Both the position numbers and the translations under genes were made by a program. Shown here in pieces: positions 28,113 through 38,154 of a stretch of DNA of 64,000 bases (position 1 is the first letter of the stretch; every line of letters begins with the position of its first letter). The notes below the pieces were generated by a model. The model worked only from the letters and a program-made list of their open reading frames with translations, searched no databases and was not told the DNA's origin. This DNA comes from an uncultured Gammaproteobacteria bacterium (lineage in GTDB: Bacteria > Patescibacteriota > Patescibacteriia > Magasanikbacterales > GWA2-37-8). The DNA is taken from positions 121,081 through 185,080 of the forward strand of contig CAZHYJ010000001.1 in assembly GCA_964536725.1 (NCBI GenBank), read 5' to 3'.

Positions 28113-31100
28113 ATGTCCGATTTTGTTCATCTGCACGTCCATAGCCACTATTCACTATTGGACGCCGTGCCGAAAATTGACGAGTTAGTTAAGGCCGCTA
28201 AAAAGCGGGGTTTTTCGGCGTTGGCTTTGACTGATCACGGTAACATGTATGGCGCGATTGAGTTTTATGAAACTTGTTTAAAAGAAGGTATCAAACCGAT
28301 TATCGGTGTGGAAGCATATGTTGCACCCGTTAGTCGTCTCGATAAAAATACTAATGAGCGTTACAACCATTTGGTTTTGTTGGCGCTTGATTATACTGGC
28401 TATAGAAACCTGATGAAGCTGGTATCAATCTCCAACATGGAAGGTTTTTACTATAAACCGCGAATGGACAAAGAGATCTTGCGTCAGTATCACGAAGGGT
28501 TAGTAGCATCCACCGCCTGTCTGGGCGGAGAAATTCCACGTTTGTTACAGGCCAATAATTACGAAGGAGCAAAAAAGGCGGCGCTTGAATATCAAGATAT
28601 TTTTGGCGAAGGGAATTTTTTCTTAGAATTGATGGATTTGCCCGCGAACGAAGGGCAGAACGAAGTGAATAGTCAATTAATTCAGCTTTCCAAAGACACT
28701 GGTATTCCGGTGATTGTGACGCGTGATGTGCACTACCTTAATCCAGAAGACTCTGAAGCACAAGATATTTTAACCTGTATCCGTGATGGACGAACTTTGG
28801 AAGAGCCAGATCGACAATCAATGAGCGGTATTGATTGCTCAATGGCAACGGGTAAAGATATTGCTAGTCGATTCAAACATATTCCCGAAGCCTTGGCGAA
28901 TACTGTAAAATTGGCCGATCGGGTAGATCTGAAATTGGAGTTGAACAAATGGAATTTCCCGCACGTGGATTTGCCAGAAGGGAAAACCGCCGATGAATAT
29001 TTGTGTGATTTAGTTTTTGAAAAACTGGCTAAGTTGATTGAGATAACTGAGGAAGTAAAAAAACGGGCAGAATATGAATTGGATATTATCGCCAAAAAAG
29101 GTTACTCACCATATTTCTTAGTAGTAGCGGATTACGTTAATTACGCACGTACGCACGACATTGTAGAAACTACTCGTGGATCAGGTGCCGGTTCAATCGT
29201 CGCCTATGCGATGGGTATCACTACGGTAAACCCGTTATATTTTAAACTTCCATTTGAACGCTTTTTAAATCCATTCCGCCCCTCACCACCCGATATCGAT
29301 GCGGATTTTGCCGACGATCGTCGTGATGATATGATTGCCTATGTTACCGAAAAATATGGGGCAGACAAAGTGGCGCAGATTATCACTTTCGGAACGATGG
29401 CTGCACGCGGTTCAATTCGCGATGTTGGTCGCGCGCTCGGCTACTCATATTCTTTTTGTGATCAAGTATCAAAGTTGATTCCGTTTGGCGCACAAGGCTT
29501 CCAGATGACAATTGCGAAGGCTTTGACTTTGGAACCGGAATTAAAAAAGAAATATAACGAAGATAGTCAGGTGCATCGTTTGATTGATTTGGCACAAAGG
29601 ATTGAAGGTTGTGCTCGTCACACTTCGATCCATGCGGCGGGCGTGGTGATTTCGAATGCACCCTTAACCGACTACACTCCGATACAACGTGAGGTTGGAG
29701 GAGAGCGTGTTACTACCCAATATGAAATGCATGCAGTGGAAGCGGCGGGTGTTTTGAAGATGGACTTTTTAGGTATCCGCAACCTGTCCATTTTGGGGCA
29801 CGCAGTGGAAATTATTGAAAAAACTACTGGTACAAAAATTGATATTTTTAAACTACCGTGGGATGATAAAAAAACCTACGAGATGTTAGCGCGTGGCGAA
29901 ACCATGGGTGTGTTTCAGTTGTCTAGTTCAGGTATGACGCGCTATTTACGCGAGCTTAAACCCAGCACCATCTTTGATATCATGGCGATGGTGGCACTTT
30001 TTCGTCCGGGTCCAATGGAACAGATTCCGGAATATATCCGACGCAAACATCATCCCGAAACGATTGAATATCTCGACCCCCGCATGGAGGACTATTTAGA
30101 TCAATCACTCGGCTTGATTGTTTATCAGGACGATGTGTTGTTAACTGCTATTAATTTAGGTGGATACAATTGGGAAGAGGCGGATAAGTTTCGAAAAGCG
30201 ATGGGTAAAAAAATTCCGGAAGAGATGGCTAAACAGAAAGAGAAGTTTTATAAAGGCTGTCGCGATTTTGGCAAGGTACCAAATGACAAAATTAATCGTT
30301 TGTGGGAATTAATTGAACCATTCGCGGCTTACGGGTTCAACAAGGCGCATGCTGCGAGTTATGGCATGGTAGCCTATCAAACCGCTTATTTGAAAGCCAA
30401 TTATCCCGTGCAATATATGACGGCGGTTTTGATTGCTGAATCGGGAGACATGGATAAGGTACCGGAAATTATTCATGAGTGTGAACACATGGGCGTCAAA
30501 GTGATGCCGCCGGATGTGAATGAGAGTTTTAAAAATTTCGCGATGGTGGGTTGGGAAAATGGCGGAACGGCACATATTCGTTTTGGTTTGAGTGGTATTA
30601 AAAATTTAGGCGAACACATCGCTGATGTTATTTACCGGGAAAGAAAGGCGAATGGTCGCTACCAAAATTTTGAAGAATTTCTCAAACGTGTGCAGGACAA
30701 GGACTTGAACAAAAAATCTTTAGAGAGTTTGATCAAATGTGGCGCGCTAGACGGTTTCGGATATGATCGGGGAGTGCTTTTGTCGAATAGTGAAAATATT
30801 CTTTCCTTTGTTCATCAATCAGATGCGCAAAAAAATACCCAACAAAATTCTTTGTTTGCCAATTCGACTATTGATCTATCCATGAAGTTGCGATTGGACC
30901 CAGGACCAGAAGCAACGGAAGATGAAAAACTGACCTGGGAGAAAGCGCTTTTGGGGTTATATATTACCGCTCATCCGTTTACTAAATTTCAGGAAGTATT
31001 GGGTAATATTTTGGTACCAATTAAAGAGCTGCCACAACAACCGAGAAATGCGTGGGTGGTAGTTGGTGGGGTGATTGATTCTACGAAAAAGAAAATCACC

Positions 31101-31592
31101 CGTTCGGGTAAGGCGATGATGTTTGTGACTATTCAAGATATTAGCAGCACTTTAGAGTTGTTGGTTTTTCCGAAGACTTATGAAATCACCAAGGATGTAT
31201 GGGTGGAAGGAAGAATTGTGTGTGTAATGGGCAAGACTTCGGAAGATGAAGAAGATGACAAGTTATTTGTAGAAAAAGCGTTTGAGATTACTCCGGATAA
31301 TGTACGCGCGCTGGCGTCACAATTGTCAGGGTATGCCAAGGCGAGTCCGGTGTCGGCTCCTCAGCCAGCAAAACCAACCGAATGGTATCAGAAATTTTTT
31401 GATCGAGTGGAAATAGCTGTGCCACCGGCGATAATTAAAACTCGTGCGGATGATATTAAGGCAGTCTTTGCCAAATATCCGGGTGACAAGGTGGTATTTT
31501 TAAATGTAGGGGATAAAAAAATAAAAACCTCCTTTAAGGTGGAGGTTAGCGATGAATTGTTAAGTGAGTTGAAGACGTTGTTATCGGCCTAG
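28113..31592 (+). CDS. dnaE: DNA polymerase III alpha subunit
   Basis: PHP domain (HLHVHSHYSLLD, TDHGN), RGSGAGS, PDIDAD, KMDFLG, GFNKAHA, OB fold; ATG at 28113. Confidence 0.98.
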   Translation: MSDFVHLHVHSHYSLLDAVPKIDELVKAAKKRGFSALALTDHGNMYGAIEFYETCLKEGIKPIIGVEAYVAPVSRLDKNTNERYNHLVLLALDYTGYRNLMKLVSISNMEGFYYKPRMDKEILRQYHEGLVASTACLGGEIPRLLQANNYEGAKKAALEYQDIFGEGNFFLELMDLPANEGQNEVNSQLIQLSKDTGIPVIVTRDVHYLNPEDSEAQDILTCIRDGRTLEEPDRQSMSGIDCSMATGKDIASRFKHIPEALANTVKLADRVDLKLELNKWNFPHVDLPEGKTADEYLCDLVFEKLAKLIEITEEVKKRAEYELDIIAKKGYSPYFLVVADYVNYARTHDIVETTRGSGAGSIVAYAMGITTVNPLYFKLPFERFLNPFRPSPPDIDADFADDRRDDMIAYVTEKYGADKVAQIITFGTMAARGSIRDVGRALGYSYSFCDQVSKLIPFGAQGFQMTIAKALTLEPELKKKYNEDSQVHRLIDLAQRIEGCARHTSIHAAGVVISNAPLTDYTPIQREVGGERVTTQYEMHAVEAAGVLKMDFLGIRNLSILGHAVEIIEKTTGTKIDIFKLPWDDKKTYEMLARGETMGVFQLSSSGMTRYLRELKPSTIFDIMAMVALFRPGPMEQIPEYIRRKHHPETIEYLDPRMEDYLDQSLGLIVYQDDVLLTAINLGGYNWEEADKFRKAMGKKIPEEMAKQKEKFYKGCRDFGKVPNDKINRLWELIEPFAAYGFNKAHAASYGMVAYQTAYLKANYPVQYMTAVLIAESGDMDKVPEIIHECEHMGVKVMPPDVNESFKNFAMVGWENGGTAHIRFGLSGIKNLGEHIADVIYRERKANGRYQNFEEFLKRVQDKDLNKKSLESLIKCGALDGFGYDRGVLLSNSENILSFVHQSDAQKNTQQNSLFANSTIDLSMKLRLDPGPEATEDEKLTWEKALLGLYITAHPFTKFQEVLGNILVPIKELPQQPRNAWVVVGGVIDSTKKKITRSGKAMMFVTIQDISSTLELLVFPKTYEITKDVWVEGRIVCVMGKTSEDEEDDKLFVEKAFEITPDNVRALASQLSGYAKASPVSAPQPAKPTEWYQKFFDRVEIAVPPAIIKTRADDIKAVFAKYPGDKVVFLNVGDKKIKTSFKVEVSDELLSELKTLLSA

Positions 31593-32582
31593 TTCCCAAT
31601 TAGGATTAGCGCGAAGACTTTGCCAATTGGCGAAGTCTTTTTTTAGAGTTTGGTTGTATCCAGCGACGGCAATCATAGCGGCGTTGTCCATACAATATTT
31701 AATCGCTGGGGTGCGGAATTGGGGGGTGGGTGATAAGGTTGCGATGGTGTCGGTTAGTACCTGGCGTAATTTTTTGTTGGCCGCTACACCACCGCAGAGA
31801 ATAATGGTTTGGGGTTTAAATTCTTTGGCCGCTTTTATTGTTTTACCAACCAATACGTCGATTATCGCCTGTTCGAAAGAAGCGCAAAAATCGTTAGTGG
31901 AAGTTATTTCATTATCTCTCAACCAATACAATGCCGCCGTTTTTAATCCAGAAAAACTAAAACTGTAATCATCGCTTCTTAACATCGGTCGAGGAAAATC
32001 GATTGCTCTGGTATTGCCGGTTTCTGCCAAGCGAGAAACTTGTGGTCCACCTGGATAGGGAAGGCCAAGTAATTTCGCCACCTTATCAAAACATTCACCT
32101 GCCGCATCGTCCAAGGTTGCGCCCAGTAGTTTTTGGTCACCCAGTTCGTTAATCAACATTAATTCGGTATGTCCACCGCTGGCGATTAAAGCGAGTGCTG
32201 GGTAAGATATTTTTTCTGCCTCAATTTCCGCGGCGTGGATATGTCCACTGATATGATTAACCGAAACCAGAGGAATATTTTTTGCCCAACACAAAGCACG
32301 TGCGGCTTCGGTGCCAACAATTAACCCGGTTATCAGTCCTGGTCCAGAAGTTACAGTGACGGCATCGGGGTCGGGCTGGTCTTTTAAAACTTCCTCAATC
32401 AAAGGAACAATCTTTTCTGCATGCATTCGGCCGGCAATCTCCGGTACCACTCCACCATATTTTTGGTGGATCTCAATTTGTGAGGCGGTAATTTCTTTAA
32501 TAGCAAAACAACCCTTGGCGGAGCAATCCATTAGGGCCACGGAGGTGTCATCGCAAGATGATTCAATACCGAGAATGCGCAT
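31581..32582 (-). CDS. tsaD: tRNA N6-adenosine threonylcarbamoyltransferase
   Basis: ILGIESSCDDT, GGVVPE, HxxxH, SGGHT, DDAAGECFDK, DNAAMIA. Confidence 0.97.
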   Translation of the reverse strand: MRILGIESSCDDTSVALMDCSAKGCFAIKEITASQIEIHQKYGGVVPEIAGRMHAEKIVPLIEEVLKDQPDPDAVTVTSGPGLITGLIVGTEAARALCWAKNIPLVSVNHISGHIHAAEIEAEKISYPALALIASGGHTELMLINELGDQKLLGATLDDAAGECFDKVAKLLGLPYPGGPQVSRLAETGNTRAIDFPRPMLRSDDYSFSFSGLKTAALYWLRDNEITSTNDFCASFEQAIIDVLVGKTIKAAKEFKPQTIILCGGVAANKKLRQVLTDTIATLSPTPQFRTPAIKYCMDNAAMIAVAGYNQTLKKDFANWQSLRANPNWELGR

Positions 32583-32591
32583 ATAATAATG

Positions 32592-32665
32592 TGTCAGAGG
32601 AGAGGATCGAACTCTCGACCTTAGCGTTATGAGTGCTACGCTCTAACCAACTGAGCTACTCTGAC
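32592..32665 (-). tRNA. tRNA with CAT anticodon (elongator Met or Ile2)
   Basis: Cloverleaf GTCAGAG/CTCTGAC, D arm AGCTCAGTTGGTTAGAGC, loop CTCATAA, T loop GTTCGATCC; paired 1-72 and no GGG/CCC anticodon stem, so not the initiator; CCA not encoded. Confidence 0.92.
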
Positions 32666-32770
32666 AAAAAGATAATCAGTATATTAATACAAAAACAGGT
32701 AAAAGTCAATGTTTTTTACTTAACAAAAATCCCGACCAATTTGGCCGGGATTTGAATATTGTCGAGAAAC

Positions 32771-33052
32771 TTACAAAACAGCTTCTTTAGCAGCTTTGGC
32801 AACGCGGAATTTAACCACGGTCTTAGCTGGGATGTTGATACTCTCGTTGGTTGCTGGATTGCGACCAATACGAGCAGCACGCTGCATTTTCACCAATTTG
32901 CCAAGACCTGGCACGATGAATACACCACTCTTCTTCACCTCTTTGTAAGCCAACGTTACCATTGCGTCCATGAAGCCTGCAACGTCTTTTTTACTTAGGC
33001 CAGTTGTTTCTGCCATTGCAGAGATCAAGGCCGACTTGGTTAGACCTGCCAT
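32771..33052 (-). CDS. HU/IHF-family DNA-binding protein
   Basis: TKSALI, PGLGKL, ARIGRNPAT, IPAKTVVKFR. Confidence 0.93.
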   Translation of the reverse strand: MAGLTKSALISAMAETTGLSKKDVAGFMDAMVTLAYKEVKKSGVFIVPGLGKLVKMQRAARIGRNPATNESINIPAKTVVKFRVAKAAKEAVL

Positions 33053-33077
33053 AATTTTTATGGTTAAGAATAAAAAC

Positions 33078-33671
33078 CTAATTTATGGGGATATTATACA
33101 CTTTTTTCAAAAAGGGCGCAATAGGGGGCAGGTTGGAGGGGTTGTGTATAAAAACACCAATCAATAACCATGTCAATCCGACCAGGTATCCGACCAAAAC
33201 ATCGCTGGTATAATGTACCCCCAGATATAGGCGGCTAAAACCAATAGCCACTATTAAAACAAAGGTAACAGATATGATTAGTAAACGCAGTAACAAACTT
33301 TTTGTATTTTTAAATAATAAATAGGCGAGGAAACCATAGAATGCGACGGCAATGGTGGCGTGTCCGCTTGGGAAAGAGTTAGAAGTTTCTAAAATAGCAG
33401 CATTAAGTGGTCTTGGTCGGTCAAAAATTAATTTGGCAATAAAAGTGGATCCAGCGCTACCAGCGACAACGACCCAAAGCACAATGGACTGCCACTTTTT
33501 GTGGGCCAACCACAAAAGAATGAATGTTATTAGCGTGAGTGCTATTATCGTGGTACTTTCACCTAAAAAAGTTATCCAAGAAAATATTTTTAGTGCCGTG
33601 GTGTTGCGGGCATTATACAAGAGCGTGTTAACCCACATATCAAAACGCATGATTGTTTCAAATAGGTTCAT
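33078..33671 (-). CDS. PAP2-family phosphatase (undecaprenyl-PP phosphatase-like)
   Basis: KxxxxRPRP, SFPSGH, SRLYLGVHYTSDV. Confidence 0.92.
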   Translation of the reverse strand: MNLFETIMRFDMWVNTLLYNARNTTALKIFSWITFLGESTTIIALTLITFILLWLAHKKWQSIVLWVVVAGSAGSTFIAKLIFDRPRPLNAAILETSNSFPSGHATIAVAFYGFLAYLLFKNTKSLLLRLLIISVTFVLIVAIGFSRLYLGVHYTSDVLVGYLVGLTWLLIGVFIHNPSNLPPIAPFLKKVYNIPIN

Positions 33672-33793
33672 AATTTTTTAGTGGTTGTTTAAGGTGTCTG
33701 GGACGTATTTAATTTTAACACAATAACCGGATAATCGGAAGGCGAACTGTTCATGTTTACAGTTATCCATTTTTTTGGTATTCTTTGCCTGTT

Positions 33794-35554
33794 ATGGCCA
33801 CGCTTTTAAATATTGAAAAATTGGCAAAATCCTACGGCCCGCGTGTTATTTTTAAAGACGTTACTTTTGCTGTTAATGAAAAACAAAAAATCGGCCTCAT
33901 CGGTCGCAATGGTGCAGGTAAGTCAACTTTGCTACGCATGATTCTTGGGGATGAGGAGGTAGATTCGGGTACGATATTTTTGCACGATATTGTACGTCTG
34001 GGCTATGTGGAACAACATGAAAAAATTGATCTCACCCAAACAGCTTTGAGTTATTTAGAAACGCAAACCAACCAACCAGCCTGGCAATGTGCAAAAGTGG
34101 CCGGTAAATTTGAATTAAAACCATATCATTTAGATCAGACTATTTCTGAGTTGTCCGGTGGCTATCGGATGCGTTTAAAGCTGGCATGCATGTTGCTCAA
34201 AGATCCAAATTTGTTTTTGCTGGATGAGCCGACCAATTACCTCGATGTGCATACCCAAATTTTATTAGAAAAGTTTTTGCAAAATTACAACGGTGCTTTT
34301 ATCATCGTTTCGCACGACCGTGAATTTCTTAAACGCACCTGTGAACAGACTTTGGAAATTGAACAGGGTGGTATCATCTTTTACCCACGGCCGATCGATG
34401 AATATTTAGAATACAAAAAAGAACGGTTGGTTTCGATTGAAAGTTATAACAAAAAAATTGACCGTGAGCAAAAACATTTGCAAGATTTCGTTGACCGTTT
34501 TCGCTACAAAGCCAGTAAAGCAAAGCAGGTGCAGAGTAAATTGAAAGCGATTGATCGTTTGGAAAAAATTGCGGTGAATGATCCGTTGGCGAATGTGCGT
34601 ATTAGTATTCCGGGAGTGGAGGATAGAAAGGGGATATTGTTCCGGGCGAAAGATTTGGTTATCGGCTATCCAGAAAAAACGGTAGCGACGAAGATAAATT
34701 TGGATATTGAGCGCAAAGAAAAAATTGCGGTTATCGGTGATAACGGTCAGGGCAAGACGACGTTGCTAAAAACTTTTGCCTCGGTTTTGTCACCGATCAG
34801 TGGTGTATATAAATGGGCGCCGGATACAAAGATTGCTTATTATGCTCAGCATGTGCCAGCAGAATTGGATAGTGCAGAGCTGGTTTGGAGATATTTGCGC
34901 AATAGTGCGCCGCTCGACATTGACGACGAGGAAGTAAAACGCATGGCGGGTAATTTTTTGTTTGATCGTGATGAATTAGAGAAAAATATTTCGATGTTGA
35001 GTGGTGGCGAACGCGCGCGACTTTGTCTGGCGGGATTGCTTTTAACCAAGAGCAATGTTTTACTATTGGATGAACCAACCAACCATTTGGATTTTGAAAC
35101 TGTAGAGGCGCTCGGTCGGGCACTGCGAAATTTTGTTGGTACAGTTATTTTTATCAGTCACAACCGAACTTTTGTAAACTCTATTGCCACTACTATCATA
35201 GAAGTAAAAGATGGGGGAGTCTTGCGCTATCCCGGTAGTTATGAGGATTATATCTATTACCTAGAAAATTCGGCAGCGCCAGTAAAGGTTGAAAAAGATG
35301 TTGAGACTGTCGAAGCAGTGGTTGCTCAACCAAAACAAATAGATGAACTTAAAAAACAAAAAAAGGAATTAAAAAAACTAGAGGAAGAAATTGTTGAATT
35401 AGAAAAAGAGAAAAATCGTCTAGCGAGAAAGCAAGCGAAAAATCCGGCTAAATTTGCGCATGAAGGCTATGTCCGTTTGGGTGAGGTGATAAAGATCATA
35501 GAAACCAAAGAAGCGGAGTGGATTAAATTGGAAGAATTAGTGGGTAAAAATTAA
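33794..35554 (+). CDS. ABC-F family ATPase
   Basis: Two ABC domains (GRNGAGKST, LSGG, LDEPTN; GDNGQGKTT, LSGGE, LDEPTNHLD), inter-domain linker and coiled-coil tail, no TM segments. Confidence 0.93.
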   Translation: MATLLNIEKLAKSYGPRVIFKDVTFAVNEKQKIGLIGRNGAGKSTLLRMILGDEEVDSGTIFLHDIVRLGYVEQHEKIDLTQTALSYLETQTNQPAWQCAKVAGKFELKPYHLDQTISELSGGYRMRLKLACMLLKDPNLFLLDEPTNYLDVHTQILLEKFLQNYNGAFIIVSHDREFLKRTCEQTLEIEQGGIIFYPRPIDEYLEYKKERLVSIESYNKKIDREQKHLQDFVDRFRYKASKAKQVQSKLKAIDRLEKIAVNDPLANVRISIPGVEDRKGILFRAKDLVIGYPEKTVATKINLDIERKEKIAVIGDNGQGKTTLLKTFASVLSPISGVYKWAPDTKIAYYAQHVPAELDSAELVWRYLRNSAPLDIDDEEVKRMAGNFLFDRDELEKNISMLSGGERARLCLAGLLLTKSNVLLLDEPTNHLDFETVEALGRALRNFVGTVIFISHNRTFVNSIATTIIEVKDGGVLRYPGSYEDYIYYLENSAAPVKVEKDVETVEAVVAQPKQIDELKKQKKELKKLEEEIVELEKEKNRLARKQAKNPAKFAHEGYVRLGEVIKIIETKEAEWIKLEELVGKN

Positions 35555-35611
35555 AGTAAAAATGAAGAGGGCGGAGCCGTAGTCGGCTCCGCCCTTTGTT
35601 GTTCTCCTTTT

Positions 35612-36421
35612 TTAGCAGTTGATGATTCGCGTCGAGCGGTTGGCCAGCGCCAGCAGCTCTTCGTTTGTGTAGGTCTTGTGCACGACTTCCTTCCAGTCGT
35701 GACCCGCAAAGTTCGGGTCGAACGGGTTGACCGATCGAACCCAGCCCATGTGGGGCAGGACATGTTTGGAGTCGAACGGGTCGACCCGAGTGTAGTGTAT
35801 CACCTGACCGTTGCCGATCTTGAACCATGCCGGGTCCTCGATGTCGAGTGCATGGTATTCGTCGGCCATTATCCGGTCGAAGGTGACACGCAAGGCACGC
35901 ATGACGTCGCCGTGTGATACGATGATTACCTTCTTGTCCGCGAGCTCCCGGTGAAGGGTGCTGAGGATATTGTTGCGGAGTCGGTCACAGGTATCCGCCA
36001 TGGACTCTCCGTCAGGCCAGGGGGCGTAGAACAGATGTCGCCTCCGGTAAGCCAGATAGTCGGCGAACTGTTCCTGACGGACATCATCGGGGATGATGTC
36101 GACGCGTCCGTGGTCGCGTTCGCGGAGCTGGAAGTCAACGTACCAGTCAGCACCGGGGAGGTTGAGCAGGGCGGCAGTTTCGAGAGCGCGGGCGTACTCG
36201 GAGACGTAGTGGCGGTCGAACTGTGCCAGGCCGTTGTCCTTCAACCACTGCCCAGCAGCCTTGGCCTGCGCCTTGCCTTTCTCGGTGAGGCGGAGTCTGG
36301 CACTGTGGCGGTTGAGGAACTCGGGAGTGAAATCCCGGTTGTCCCCGTCGCGCGAGTGCTTGTTGGCGATGTTGCCCTCAGACTCGCCGTGACGAATCAG
36401 TACCAAGTCGAGCGGAAGCAT
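35612..36421 (-). CDS. Histidine phosphatase / phosphoglycerate mutase-like protein (high GC)
   Basis: RHGESEGN, LTEKG, RALETA, LRER, GES, VSHG motifs; AGGAG RBS; markedly GC-richer than its neighbours. Confidence 0.88.
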   Translation of the reverse strand: MLPLDLVLIRHGESEGNIANKHSRDGDNRDFTPEFLNRHSARLRLTEKGKAQAKAAGQWLKDNGLAQFDRHYVSEYARALETAALLNLPGADWYVDFQLRERDHGRVDIIPDDVRQEQFADYLAYRRRHLFYAPWPDGESMADTCDRLRNNILSTLHRELADKKVIIVSHGDVMRALRVTFDRIMADEYHALDIEDPAWFKIGNGQVIHYTRVDPFDSKHVLPHMGWVRSVNPFDPNFAGHDWKEVVHKTYTNEELLALANRSTRIINC

Positions 36422-36599
36422 GTGTACTCCTGCGTTTTTAGAGATCTGGCGAGATGTTACTATATTAGAAGTAAATAGTCAAAGGCTTAGTTTAGTTGAG
36501 AGTGTAAAAACCACGTTGACAGTTAACTGTTGACTGTCAACCTTTCTTGGTTTATCAATAAAACAAAAAAGAGACTTTGTTTTCACAAAATCCCTTTTG

Positions 36600-36653
36600 G
36601 TAGACCACCCCATTGACCGTTGGAACCTTTTCTTTAGGGAGATAAAGGAATGG
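36600..36653. repeat. Direct repeat / att-like site, copy 1
   Basis: GTAGACCACCCCATTGACCGTTGGAACCTTTT...GAGATAAAG..TGG, matching 38101-38154 with about 7 mismatches in 54 nt. Confidence 0.85.
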
Positions 36654-36666
36654 GCTAATTTAATTT

Positions 36667-37284
36667 CTACTTTTTCTTTGCCAGTATGATTAGTTTGTTG
36701 TAAGGTAGCTCTCCTTTTAGGTGTGGTGTTTTTTTATCAACAGACAAAATTTCAAAATCAGATGACAATATTTGTTTGGCCTGTTCTTCTGTGTAAAGAT
36801 TTAGAAATAGTTTTTCACCAGGTAATAAAGGCTCGTCTACAAATACTTCGCCTTCTCCTTCCTGTAATATCAAAAAAATAATCCCACTTGTTTTTAATAG
36901 TGAAGTGATTTTTTCTATAATTTTTGAAACATCCTTCTTCTCTAGATGAAATAGGGAATATGCCAGAGATATTCCGTCAAAAGTGTCGTTAAAGTTTATT
37001 TTCCGAATATCTCCTAATCTAAAGTCGATTTTAGGATATTTGTTTTTTGCTATCTCCAGCATTTTTGGTGACAAATCAACACCTGTTACGTCAAATCCTT
37101 TATCGAAATAATATGAGGTGACTCTACCTGTACCACACCCCAAATCTAAAATTTTATTTCCGGTGGTAATTTTTGATAAAAATTTATCCATGTATGGGTT
37201 ATCTGATAGGTCATTATCAAAAAGGTTGGCGTATTGAGTTGCAATTTTGTTATATACATCTATAGAACTTTTTGAGTTATCCAT
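36667..37284 (-). CDS. Class I SAM-dependent methyltransferase
   Basis: ILDLGCGTG, GVDLSPKML, GDIR, FDGI..YSLFHL; very AT-rich. Confidence 0.9.
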   Translation of the reverse strand: MDNSKSSIDVYNKIATQYANLFDNDLSDNPYMDKFLSKITTGNKILDLGCGTGRVTSYYFDKGFDVTGVDLSPKMLEIAKNKYPKIDFRLGDIRKINFNDTFDGISLAYSLFHLEKKDVSKIIEKITSLLKTSGIIFLILQEGEGEVFVDEPLLPGEKLFLNLYTEEQAKQILSSDFEILSVDKKTPHLKGELPYNKLIILAKKK

Positions 37285-37475
37285 ATAATAATTTATTTTA
37301 ATATATTTTACATGAGTTTATATTCAAAATCAAACAACAAATTTAGTAAGTTCGATTATAGTTCGGTCATTCAAGTGTTTTGGCTAAAATATCACGTTCC
37401 ATAAAAAGCGTAATCGAACCCGATATTTTCTCTATAACAAAACAAAAACTTCACTTAATTAAGTGAAGTTTTTGA

Positions 37476-37512
37476 GTGGTAGACCCTACCGAGACGCTAG
37501 GCAAACTTTTTT
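37476..37512. repeat. Degenerate att-like site
   Basis: TGGTAGACCCTACCGAGA resembles both the 54-nt repeat start and the antisense tRNA-Glu 3' end (GTAGCCCCAACGAGA); preceded by a terminator-like hairpin like the other copies. Confidence 0.55.
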
Positions 37513-37526
37513 TAAATTAATTAGCG

Positions 37527-37961
37527 CTACATGTTCTTTAAATTATCCACAATAGATTGGGCAGCTTCAACTTGCTTTTTGTATAATTCAAAGCCTTCAT
37601 TAGAATCGACCAGTTTTCTCGCGGTATTAACTTTGGCTTCTAAAACAAGTACAGCGTTTTTCATTTCAGAAATTCTTCGTTGCTGATTTTTATATCCCCC
37701 ACCATACTTCTCATCCTCATGAAATACAATAATAAAACTGTTGCGAAACAATTCAATATCTGTTTTAATTTCACTTATAGCTTTTTGAATAGAGGAAAAA
37801 TCTGGTGCTGTTTCCTGAAATAAATCGTTTCCTTCAAAAAAACGTTTACTTATTTCCTCTAATTTTGACTCTTCGGCTGTGACTTTCACATCACCTGTTG
37901 CCACTTCTACTGGAGGATGCCAATTTGCATGATCCTCATTTCCAAGTATTTTATCAATCAT
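37527..37961 (-). CDS. Hypothetical helical protein
   Basis: 144-aa ORF with ATG start filling the interval between repeats; no motif recognised. Confidence 0.6.
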   Translation of the reverse strand: MIDKILGNEDHANWHPPVEVATGDVKVTAEESKLEEISKRFFEGNDLFQETAPDFSSIQKAISEIKTDIELFRNSFIIVFHEDEKYGGGYKNQQRRISEMKNAVLVLEAKVNTARKLVDSNEGFELYKKQVEAAQSIVDNLKNM

Positions 37962-38100
37962 ATAAGTATATATTTTATATTAACATTATATATAATAATA
38001 TCATTTTGTAATGTTAAACGCAATACTTCGAATGGCAAACTCTATTTCTTCTCTTAACCAAAACAAAAACTGCACCATTTTGAAGATGCAGTCCTTTAAA

Positions 38101-38154
38101 GTAGACCACTCCATTGACCGTTGGAACCTTTTGTTTGAAGAGATAAAGTATTGG
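38101..38154. repeat. Direct repeat / att-like site, copy 2
   Basis: GTAGACCACTCCATTGACCGTTGGAACCTTTT...GAGATAAAG..TGG, matching 36600-36653. Confidence 0.85.

Noticed and set aside
28113-31592. Intein in DnaE
   Set aside because: Length is ordinary and no splice-junction or LAGLIDADG motifs interrupt the conserved blocks
36600-38154. CRISPR array or classical integron attC sites
   Set aside because: Repeats are 0.6-0.9 kb apart with genes between them, no cas or intI genes, and no RYYYAAC...GTTRRRY attC structure
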